Assembly: GCA_027061945.1 (NCBI GenBank) | Contig: JAMOVR010000296.1 | Span: forward strand, 1-24,000 | From: Candidatus Heimdallarchaeota archaeon | Lineage (GTDB): Archaea > Asgardarchaeota > Heimdallarchaeia > Heimdallarchaeales > JAJRWK01 | DNA length: 24,000 bases | Direction of reading: 5' to 3' | Shown here: positions 15,943 through 23,346 of the stretch, piece after piece | Layout: each line of letters starts with the position of its first letter | Position numbering within the stretch: the first letter of the stretch is position 1 | Translations under genes and position numbers: made by a program | The notes under the pieces: model-generated | Databases searched by the model: none | Seen by the model: the letters and a program-made list of their open reading frames with translations, nothing else | What the model was told of the DNA's origin: nothing

Positions 15943-17271
15943 TTAGCCTCCTGCAATCTTTGGTAAGAATTTGAATAGATATCCAATGTATACTAAGATC
16001 ATCTGCGTTAGTTTAACAGGATCTACGGGTGATGTTTTCATTTGATAGATGTACTGCCTCAAAGAAAATAGGACTAATGTTTCATGTTCCATTCGTTCTT
16101 TTCTTCCTAATGCAGTGTCTTGTATTTCATCAAAAATATACGGATCGAGCTCTTTTAGTGCTTTTATTCGGAATTTGCGGATTACCCACCATAATTTAAA
16201 TAGAGGAATAATTATCCGTGATAAAGAGAAGAAAACAGTGATCAATAATAAAATTAAGAATAGGAACCCGACGGGAGAGAAATACGTAACTAATGCACCG
16301 AGAACTGGCGTATTATTATTTTTGGCGGCATTAAGGAAGCTGTTTACTTCACCAAGCACTGGAATTAACATATTATATATGAATGAATTGAGTACCAATA
16401 CTAAAGATCCAAGTCCTAACAATGGGATGTCTCCTAATTCTCTTAAAGAATGCCCTGGAGTATTTCCTAAGATCATTACTACTTCATAATTATTCTTAGT
16501 CAAAATACTTTCAAATCCCTCGTTATAACCCACAACACGGTTTTTAATGGGTTCAATTAGTTTATCATAAATCTTTGTATTGTTTTGGATAGTGATTAGT
16601 GAAAGTATTAAAATGGACTGTACTGGTAAAACGAAAAGTAACGCAATACTGCTAAGCACTAAACCAATTGTTGCATTCATTGGACTTACTCCCTGGGAAA
16701 CAATTTGATGAACTGCTTTGTAAATGAAGAGTATAAATGGAATCATCATGGAAGCTAAAGCATATCCAAATACTTTCTTTGTATAAGATTTCCTATAAGC
16801 TTCTGAGAAAGGTGCTTTAACTGCTTCTGCTATCCATGGAAACCTTGTTGTTTGTAATAAGTTTGAAAATAGTCCATATGTTAATTTAATTGCACCAATC
16901 GCCGCCCAATATCCAATTACTCCAATTACTGCAGTAATTACTAATGGGCCTGTAGGCATTTTCATTAGTGAAAAACCGATTGGTAACAATATGAATGCGG
17001 GAATATATCCTAAAAATAATATTCCTGATATAATCAGATATGGTTTCCAAGGCACCGAGAGAATAACACTTAATGGTAATTTTCTTAGTGCATTAGGGAT
17101 TCTAAATACATTATGCAAGGGATCTTTTAACTGCTCGAGTAAATGAACTTGTTCGGGTTCAATATCTTTAGGTAAATTTTTCTCGTATTCCTCCAAGAAC
17201 TGGTCGAAAACGAAGTGAATTTCTTCCGGCCGACGAGGAATTGTTAAAGGCACGTTTTTCATAATTCTCAC
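15943..17271 (-). CDS. Orphan polytopic membrane protein (middle gene of the FtsZ-like operon)
   Basis: About 8 hydrophobic helices, a soluble N-terminus of about 65 aa (PRRPEEIHFVFDQFLEEYEKNLPKD...) and a soluble C-terminal region (KALKELDPYIFDEIQDTALGRKERMEHE...). The track start is GTG 17271, but ATG 17262 is preceded by GGGTGA with a 5-nt spacer and is the more likely start. No family recognised. Confidence 0.6.
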   Translation of the reverse strand: MRIMKNVPLTIPRRPEEIHFVFDQFLEEYEKNLPKDIEPEQVHLLEQLKDPLHNVFRIPNALRKLPLSVILSVPWKPYLIISGILFLGYIPAFILLPIGFSLMKMPTGPLVITAVIGVIGYWAAIGAIKLTYGLFSNLLQTTRFPWIAEAVKAPFSEAYRKSYTKKVFGYALASMMIPFILFIYKAVHQIVSQGVSPMNATIGLVLSSIALLFVLPVQSILILSLITIQNNTKIYDKLIEPIKNRVVGYNEGFESILTKNNYEVVMILGNTPGHSLRELGDIPLLGLGSLVLVLNSFIYNMLIPVLGEVNSFLNAAKNNNTPVLGALVTYFSPVGFLFLILLLITVFFSLSRIIIPLFKLWWVIRKFRIKALKELDPYIFDEIQDTALGRKERMEHETLVLFSLRQYIYQMKTSPVDPVKLTQMILVYIGYLFKFLPKIAGG

Positions 17272-17282
17272 CCTATCTAAGT

Positions 17283-18542
17283 TTACTCCTTCATTTCTTC
17301 AACACTAAAATCTGCATCCGCCGGGGAAATACCTTCTAGCTTGTCAATATTATGGACAGGTTTTCCTTGTATAAATGTATCTGCCTCTCTTTCTTTCATC
17401 CTAACAGTTAGTTTTTCAGTATTCTCCATCCACTCTTTGATGTATTTCTGGGCACCAAGTCCTGTTAATAATCCACGAAAAACAAATTGGTCATCTTCTC
17501 TAGTTGTGAAGTGCCAGTATATATCCGCATTAGAAAATAATTGTTGTGCGTTTAGGTAATCTTCTGCAAGGACTGAGTTCTTAGGAACTTGAAAAACAAC
17601 GTATCCTCTTGTTGATTTAAATGGATCTAAAGGAGCGGAAACGCTTTCTACTAAGTATTCACTGACGAACTCTGAAAGATTGTTTTTTAGTTCTTTAAAC
17701 ATGCCGTTTAATGAAAATAAGACTGATGGTCCACGTAGATAGTAAAATAATGAAGAAAACTCTGGATACCCCACATCAAATCCTTCTGTAGGACTATACA
17801 ATGAACTAATTATATCATCAATAACTGACGCTATCTTATCTGGGTATATCCTTAATATTTGATCGGCGGGAACTTTTTGTCCTTCATAAAAGCGATTTGT
17901 ATCAATTATTATAAATGGAATATTTAAAGAGGAATCAATAGGTGCAAGCCCTAATTTATACATAGCAACTGCTGCATTAAACTTGTTTGTAAGTGGTGCG
18001 CCTTTTTCTGGAAGCATAATTACTGGTATTGGCATGATATCCATTTCTAAAAGTGTTTGACAGATATAAAGTCCGCCTCCAACGCCTATTGAGTCAGAAC
18101 CAAAAAGTACAAGTGCTGTTTTTCCAAAGCCTTTTTTAGAAATTAACTCATGGACTTTCTCATTAACACCGGCACTGTTTTTCTCTATTAAATCATAAGC
18201 ATTCAAGTAGTTTCGAAGTTCATCTCCTTGCTTTTCACCTAAGCTAATGAACAGTTCAGTTTCTTTGGGATTATTTGTACCTAAATATCCAATTCCAAAA
18301 TGAAATATCTTTATTTTCTTCTCTGACAGCTTCTCAAATACTTGTCGGGCAATAGCGCCGCCCATCGAACCTATACCAAAAATAAATATTCCGGGAGCAT
18401 CTTTATCTTTTGTTTCATGAACCAAAAAATTTGGTTCCTTTCCTTCAATAAACGCTTTTAAATCATGAAAAACATGAATGTTTGCTTTCTTTTTTTGAAA
18501 TATTCCTAATAATCCTTTTTTCTTTGTCATTTTACATCGCAC
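17283..18542 (-). CDS. Divergent FtsZ/tubulin-fold protein, paralog A (first gene of operon)
   Basis: Full-length collinearity with E. coli FtsZ blocks: IFIFGIGSMGGAIARQV vs IKVIGVGGGGGNAVEHM (T1); ALVLFGSDSIGVGGGLYICQTL vs MVFIAAGMGGGTGTGAAPVVA (T4); IPVIMLPEKG vs VAVVTKPFNFEG; IPFIIIDTNRF vs SLITIPNDKL; FDVGYPEFSSLF vs NVDFADVRTVM (T7/H8); GYVVFQVP...FRGLLTGLG vs GVLVNITAG...VTVVATGIG. The start is GTG 18542 or ATG 18530. Confidence 0.6.
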   Translation of the reverse strand: MRCKMTKKKGLLGIFQKKKANIHVFHDLKAFIEGKEPNFLVHETKDKDAPGIFIFGIGSMGGAIARQVFEKLSEKKIKIFHFGIGYLGTNNPKETELFISLGEKQGDELRNYLNAYDLIEKNSAGVNEKVHELISKKGFGKTALVLFGSDSIGVGGGLYICQTLLEMDIMPIPVIMLPEKGAPLTNKFNAAVAMYKLGLAPIDSSLNIPFIIIDTNRFYEGQKVPADQILRIYPDKIASVIDDIISSLYSPTEGFDVGYPEFSSLFYYLRGPSVLFSLNGMFKELKNNLSEFVSEYLVESVSAPLDPFKSTRGYVVFQVPKNSVLAEDYLNAQQLFSNADIYWHFTTREDDQFVFRGLLTGLGAQKYIKEWMENTEKLTVRMKEREADTFIQGKPVHNIDKLEGISPADADFSVEEMKE

Positions 18543-18570
18543 TCGTCCTATGAATTAAATGATAGAACCA

Positions 18571-18578
18571 ATATATAA
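18571..18578 (-). promoter_or_regulatory. TATA-like box for the FtsZ-like operon
   Basis: TTATATAT on the minus strand lies about 30-45 nt upstream of the two candidate start codons, in an otherwise featureless AT-rich spacer. Confidence 0.3.
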
Positions 18579-18791
18579 CCGTAGTTTTCTCTCTTCATTC
18601 AAAAATTAGTTCCATCTAAAATAATTCATTTCTAAAAAGAAAAGATTCAAAACTAATAATCAATACCTAATAATTATAGTTTCTTTTAACAAAAACTTAC
18701 TTTATAAAAAACAATAATTCAATCAATAAATAGGGAAAAAGAAAAGAAAGCAAAAGTAAAATTAGAAGATAATATAAAAATAATTTTTTAT

Positions 18792-19058
18792 TTAAGGGGT
18801 CTGGTAGGGGCATGTTCCATTATTTTGTCCTTGCCCATTTTGCCCGTGGTATTGATTACCAGTACCATCTTGTGGAGCATCTCCTCTCATGTATTGATGG
18901 CCATTTCCTTGGCCATGTGGTCCAGTTCCATCGCATACATCAGTTTGTGTTCCAATTGTCATGTCATCTGCGAATGCATACATTACCATCCCAGAGACAA
19001 TTAATACTGCAAAAAACGCAGTTATGAGTGCTGTTCTGCGGTTCATGTTACTCACCAA
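18792..19058 (-). CDS. Small secreted G/Q/N/H-rich protein with signal peptide
   Basis: N-terminal MNRRTALITAFFAVLIVSGMVMYAFA-DD has the n-, h- and c-regions of a signal peptide. The mature part is low-complexity (GTGPHGQGNGHQY...GTGNQYHGQNGQGQNNGT) with two Cys. The gene is visibly more GC-rich than its flanks. The start is GTG 19058 or ATG 19046. Confidence 0.55.
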   Translation of the reverse strand: MVSNMNRRTALITAFFAVLIVSGMVMYAFADDMTIGTQTDVCDGTGPHGQGNGHQYMRGDAPQDGTGNQYHGQNGQGQNNGTCPYQTP

Positions 19059-19181
19059 TAATCTCTACTAAAAAGACTGCCTTAAAAACGCCGAAATAGA
19101 AAAGCTTTTCAAACCATTTCTGGCCTTTTCAAAACTAAAAATAGGTTTTTTACATATAAAGAACATAACAATTTTTTACTA

Positions 19182-19189
19182 TTTTTAAA
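19182..19189 (+). promoter_or_regulatory. TATA-like box upstream of GC-rich element R2
   Basis: tttttaaa lies 21 nt upstream of the conserved GTGAACT block at 19203, similar to the geometry at R1. Confidence 0.35.
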
Positions 19190-19202
19190 GATGGTACTTA
19201 AC

Positions 19203-19282
19203 GTGAACTACCCCTTGCTTTTGCGAGGGGCTTTCTACTTCACAGAGAAGACTCTCTCCACAGGCGCTACGGGCCGTCCCAG
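19203..19282 (+). ncRNA. Candidate structured small RNA or leader element R2 (paralog of 1204..1290); class unknown
   Basis: GC-rich island. An outer stem gtgaa (19203-19207) / ttcac (19239-19243) encloses a perfect 8-bp hairpin ccccttgc-tttt-gcgagggg (19211-19230). It has the same ordered blocks as R1 (GTGAACT, GGGGCTTTC, TTCACAG, GTCCCAG), followed by AAGAAAAA as at R1. Confidence 0.35.
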
Positions 19283-19319
19283 CCCTGCAAGAAAAAATAT
19301 ACAAAAAAACATATGATAT

Positions 19320-19370
19320 TTTCGGCTTTCATCCCCTCCCTTGCGGAAGGGAGAGGATTTCCCGCCGAGA
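19320..19370 (+). other. GC-rich two-helix hairpin of unknown role
   Basis: Outer helix tttcggc/gccgaga (7 bp including one G-U). An internal loop of 6 x 7 nt. Inner helix cc-c-c-tccctt / aaggga-g-a-gg (9 bp plus one mismatch) closing a gcgg loop. It lies 38 nt after R2 and 57 nt before the pyruvate kinase start. Confidence 0.4.
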
Positions 19371-19426
19371 AAGTTAAAAAAGAAACAATCCTAAACATTT
19401 TTTGCTACAAAAAATAACTAATTTTT

Positions 19427-20881
19427 GTGATAAAAAAAACAAAAATAGTTGCTACAATTGGTCCTAGTTCAGAGTCTGAAGATACTCTTTTGAAATTATT
19501 TGATGCTGGTATGAATGTTGCCCGTTTAAATCTTTCTCATGGCACTCTTGATCATCATAAAAAATTATTTGATAAAATTCGTGCATTAAATGATGAAATT
19601 GCTATTCTGTTAGACATAAGTGGTCCTAAAATACGGGTGGGTAAACTCAAAGAACCGATAGAGTTAAAGAAAGGACAAAAATTCATTTTAACTAAGAAGG
19701 ACATAGTTGGAGATGAAACAAAAGCTTCTGTTACCTACCCTGCGTTGATTGATGACTTAGAAATAGGTTCAATTATTTATCTAAATGATGGCCTAATTTC
19801 TTTAAAAGTAATAGAAAAGCATCCTGATTACTTGGTTACTGAAGTATTAGTTGGAGGAGTTCTGACATCAAACAAAGGAATTAATGTGCCTGGAAGTAAT
19901 ATTTCAGCATATACTCCAACCAAAAAAGATGAAAAAGACATTCTAGAAACTGCTAAGTGGGAACCAGATTTTTACTCCGTTTCTTTTGTTAGAAGAGTAA
20001 AAGATCTAGAAAATGTAAGAAAACTTATCTCGCAAGTTACAAGTGATAATATTCCTCTGATAAGCAAAATTGAGCATTTAGACGGATTAAAAAATTATGA
20101 TTCCATTGCAAAGGCTTCTCAAGGTATAATGGTTGCTCGTGGAGATTTAGGTGTAGAAATACCTTTAGAAAAAGTACCTCTCGTTCAAAAGGACTTAGTA
20201 CGGAAAGCCAATTACATGGGGATACCAGTGATCGTAGCTACTCAAATGTTAGAATCAATGATTGTGAGTCCTCGTCCCACTAGAGCAGAAGCAACTGATG
20301 TTGCTAATGCAATTTTAGATGGTGCTGATGCAGTAATGCTTTCTGCAGAAACTGCAACTGGAAAATATCCTATAAAAGCAGTACAAACGATGTCTAAAAT
20401 TTGTGTGGAAGCTGAAAATAATTATTATCCTTCATATGAAAGAAGAGAAGTTTCTTCTGGCGCTAGGATACCTATGAATATTGGGCGTGCAGCAGTAAAA
20501 CTCGCCAAAGACATAGAAACAGAAGCGATTTTAGCTATGACACAAACCGGAACAACAACTGCAATGGTCTCCACTTTTAGACCCCATCAAATTATTCTCG
20601 GTTTTGCTACAAATAAAAAAACGCTTAGAAGATTAGCTCTTCAATGGGGAGTACAACCAGTTCTTTTTGAGTTTATACCAGATACTGATGATATGATTTT
20701 ACAAGCAGCAATAAAAGCATATGAGGAGGGATACATTAAACGTAATCAGTCTTTTATTGTTGTAGCAGGTTCATTACTAGGACTTCCTGCATCTACAAAT
20801 TTGATACAATATCATACAATGGATGAGATTCTTCGTTCGGTAGAAGCCCAAAAAGAGTTCATTAAAGCATATTCTCTTTAA
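19427..20881 (+). CDS. pyk: Pyruvate kinase
   Basis: Canonical PK blocks: KTKIVATIGPSS, MNVARLNLSHG, DISGPKIRVG, ISKIEH, IMVARGDLGVEIP, VIVATQMLESMIVSPRPTRAEATDVANAILDGADAVMLSAETATGKYP. A C-terminal regulatory domain is present. GTG start. Confidence 0.92.
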   Translation: MIKKTKIVATIGPSSESEDTLLKLFDAGMNVARLNLSHGTLDHHKKLFDKIRALNDEIAILLDISGPKIRVGKLKEPIELKKGQKFILTKKDIVGDETKASVTYPALIDDLEIGSIIYLNDGLISLKVIEKHPDYLVTEVLVGGVLTSNKGINVPGSNISAYTPTKKDEKDILETAKWEPDFYSVSFVRRVKDLENVRKLISQVTSDNIPLISKIEHLDGLKNYDSIAKASQGIMVARGDLGVEIPLEKVPLVQKDLVRKANYMGIPVIVATQMLESMIVSPRPTRAEATDVANAILDGADAVMLSAETATGKYPIKAVQTMSKICVEAENNYYPSYERREVSSGARIPMNIGRAAVKLAKDIETEAILAMTQTGTTTAMVSTFRPHQIILGFATNKKTLRRLALQWGVQPVLFEFIPDTDDMILQAAIKAYEEGYIKRNQSFIVVAGSLLGLPASTNLIQYHTMDEILRSVEAQKEFIKAYSL

Positions 20882-20932
20882 ATACTTTGTTTTACAAACT
20901 CCTAGAAAAACAGCGTTACAAGTCGTGATAAC

Positions 20933-20940
20933 TTTTTTTT
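20933..20940 (+). terminator. Oligo-T (T8) tract after pyk
   Basis: aactttttttttc lies about 50 nt after the pyk stop. Confidence 0.4.
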
Positions 20941-21017
20941 CTAATTTACTTGGTCGTATGAGCAAAACTTAAAATCTTGCATACATAAGCCAACATAGAA
21001 TTCCTTGAGGGAATAAT

Positions 21018-21305
21018 ATGGCAAGTGACAAGTTTATCGGATTTATTATGACGATAATTGGGATAGCGGTAATTTTTGTAGAAGCTTATTATCTCATTTA
21101 CCAACCCATTATGGATACTCAATTGATCGCGGGATTCGCTGCTCAGTATTGGGCCTTAGCCATTCCCGTGTTCTTAGCAATACTCGGCCTGTTTCTTATT
21201 GTCATCTGGATTGGCTACACCATGATGACAACGCCTCCACCGGAAGAATTTGATTTCGAAGAATTCGAAAAAGAAATCAAAAAGGAAGAAGAGAAAAAAG
21301 AGTAA
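21018..21305 (+). CDS. Small two-TM membrane protein with acidic/lysine-rich tail
   Basis: Two hydrophobic helices (FIGFIMTIIGIAVIFV, WALAIPVFLAILGLFLIVIWIGY) followed by PPPEEFDFEEFEKEIKKEEEKKE. A GAGGG Shine-Dalgarno-like motif lies 7 nt upstream of the ATG. Confidence 0.55.
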   Translation: MASDKFIGFIMTIIGIAVIFVEAYYLIYQPIMDTQLIAGFAAQYWALAIPVFLAILGLFLIVIWIGYTMMTTPPPEEFDFEEFEKEIKKEEEKKE

Positions 21306-21323
21306 AGAAAGTTAAGTAAGTTA

Positions 21324-21349
21324 TTTTTTGCAACTTTTTGCACATTTTT
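21324..21349 (+). terminator. Three successive oligo-T runs after the 21018..21305 CDS
   Basis: ttttttgcaactttttgcacattttt contains runs of T6, T5 and T5. Confidence 0.4.
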
Positions 21350-21442
21350 AATGATTCTTGTTAAAAAAAAATTGTTTTTTACTGTTTCTTAAGGATTTCA
21401 TAATTCGGAGAGTTTTAGTAATATTAATCATATGCCTTAATC

Positions 21443-22177
21443 ATGACTGATTACTGGAAATGTCCAGAATGTGGGCACTTAAATGAGTCAAGTCTTAAAT
21501 TTTGTGAAGAATGTGGTACATCTAAAGATGTAATTATTGAAAAAGTATCAAAACAAAAAAAACAAAGAATTATTGAAGAAAAAATGAATTTTTGTCCGTT
21601 CTGTGGAAAAAAAATAAGATTTGATGAGATTAAATGTCCTCACTGCGGGGCAGATTTAACTGTTTCTTCTGTAGAGACGAATACAAAGGTAGATGTAATT
21701 ATGAAACCAGAAAAAGTAACGTATCTTTCTTCATTAAAATTTGCGTTTCTTTCAGTTGGAATTAGTTTTCCCTTAGTAATTGTGATTACTTCATTAATGT
21801 ACTTCTTTGCGACTATGTTATATTTAGGATCAACAGTAGTTGGAACAATTACTTATTTCTTGACTTTAATAGTAATCGGACTGGGATTCTCAGTAATTAC
21901 TTATTTTGTTACATATGTCTTGGTCAGAGAACTATTTATTGGGACAACTACTATGGTACCTGATTTCTTTTTCGAATTCAAAACACATATCAAACTAGCT
22001 TTTCCCTTCGTATTATTAACTATCTTCTTTTTGGGTTTTAATTCTAAGATTTTTATATTATTATCAATGATTTCAGGTTTAATTGCAATGTTCTTTCCAA
22101 TGATACACATTTCTAGGCTTTATATTGAAAAACTTAAAGAACTCTATGTTTATCCCGCTGAAAAAACCAAAGAATAG
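21443..22177 (+). CDS. Double zinc-ribbon membrane protein
   Basis: Two CxxC...CxxC ribbons (CPECGHLNESSLKFCEECG; CPFCGKKIRFDEIKCPHCG) are followed by about five hydrophobic helices. Confidence 0.6.
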   Translation: MTDYWKCPECGHLNESSLKFCEECGTSKDVIIEKVSKQKKQRIIEEKMNFCPFCGKKIRFDEIKCPHCGADLTVSSVETNTKVDVIMKPEKVTYLSSLKFAFLSVGISFPLVIVITSLMYFFATMLYLGSTVVGTITYFLTLIVIGLGFSVITYFVTYVLVRELFIGTTTMVPDFFFEFKTHIKLAFPFVLLTIFFLGFNSKIFILLSMISGLIAMFFPMIHISRLYIEKLKELYVYPAEKTKE

Positions 22178-22310
22178 TAAATCATTTTTATTTTTATGAA
22201 CAATAACCCAGGCAATTTTTATTACTAAGAGTCTCTATTTCTATATTATTTAAAGATTTAATTTTTTATGGGAGAATGCTTTTTAAAACAAAAAATAAAT
22301 TATTTCTCGT

Positions 22311-23081
22311 ATGTTCAGTACTCCTTCACAACCAACAAGAAGTTTTTCTTCATTGGTGACATTTGGGATCCCCCAGTTAGACCAGTCATTAGGGGGAGGA
22401 ATTGAGAGAGGAAGCGTTTTTGTTATTGAGGACACTTTAGCGGCCGATGCTCAGCCTTTTGTAAGTCAATTTTTGGTTCAAGGGCTAAAAACAACAGATT
22501 ATGTTTATGTAATGAATACTGATCTACCATACGAGTATTATGAAGAAAATTTCAAAAGATTAGGCGTAAATCCTGATATGCATGTGCGTACCGGTAGGCT
22601 AAAATTTGTAGATGCTTTCTCTAATCCTTACGGATATGAGGCAAAAATAGCTGAATATTCTGAGCCACTAAGAGACATTTCTTCTTCTAGAGATGCGAAT
22701 GAAGCAATTAGAAGAGCAATGCTCCATACAAGAGGACAAAACATTGGTGTAAGAGGTGCAGTGCTCACTATGTCCTCTATAATTCACGCCGCAGAATCAA
22801 TTAGGCACGTGTTTTCATTTGTAAGACAACGCTTAGCTGCAGATCACTATGAAAAATGGGTGTCTTTATTACTGATCCATGCAGATGCCCATGATCCAAT
22901 GTTAATAAGATCAATCGAGCACTTAGTTGATGGAGTATTAAGAGTCTCCCAAACAAAGAGAGAAACAGGAGAACAAGTAATAATGGCAGAAGTTGTCCAT
23001 GTAAGAGGAAAACCAGAGTTAACAGGAAATACTACTTATTATACGGTAAATGGAGGAATTTTATCTCCTTATAATCAATAA
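22311..23081 (+). CDS. KaiC/RecA-superfamily-like protein with degenerate Walker A and B (predicted pseudo-ATPase)
   Basis: FGIPQLDQSLGGGIERGSVFVIE matches the KaiC/Rad55-like lead-in (GIPGLD..LGGGIP.GS..L). The expected GxxGxGKT is instead DTLAADAQP. The Walker-B position reads GAVLTMSS with no acidic residue. The C-terminal VVHVRGKPELTGNTTYYTVNGGI matches the family's K.RG...y.I...GI ending. Confidence 0.6.
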   Translation: MFSTPSQPTRSFSSLVTFGIPQLDQSLGGGIERGSVFVIEDTLAADAQPFVSQFLVQGLKTTDYVYVMNTDLPYEYYEENFKRLGVNPDMHVRTGRLKFVDAFSNPYGYEAKIAEYSEPLRDISSSRDANEAIRRAMLHTRGQNIGVRGAVLTMSSIIHAAESIRHVFSFVRQRLAADHYEKWVSLLLIHADAHDPMLIRSIEHLVDGVLRVSQTKRETGEQVIMAEVVHVRGKPELTGNTTYYTVNGGILSPYNQ

Positions 23082-23346
23082 AAATACATTTTCGTAACTT
23101 TTAACCAGCTTATTTTATTTATTTACAGTAAGAAGAGATCTGGGACAAGACTTTTCTAATAAACATGAAATATCTTTAAAAAGAGAACCAGGGTGAGTTC
23201 AAAAATGCTCTAAGTTTCCCTCTATTTTTTTATCTTTCAAATTTTATAAAATAATTAAACGCATTTTGAAGAATCTTTTTTTAGAAAACAAACATAAAGA
23301 TGAAAGATGTATCTATTCACAGAATAACTTTCCAAAGGGGATAAAT

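Noticed and set aside
17283-18542. Interpreting GIGSMGG in the 419-aa protein as a GxGxxG dinucleotide-binding Rossmann motif (NAD(P)-dependent dehydrogenase)
   Set aside because: The paralog reads GDFAGK at the same position, which does not fit GxGxxG. No acidic residue ends the predicted second strand. The second glycine-rich strand-loop-helix, the following strands and the C-terminal domain align in order with FtsZ. The alternative is only fully excluded by a profile or structure search.
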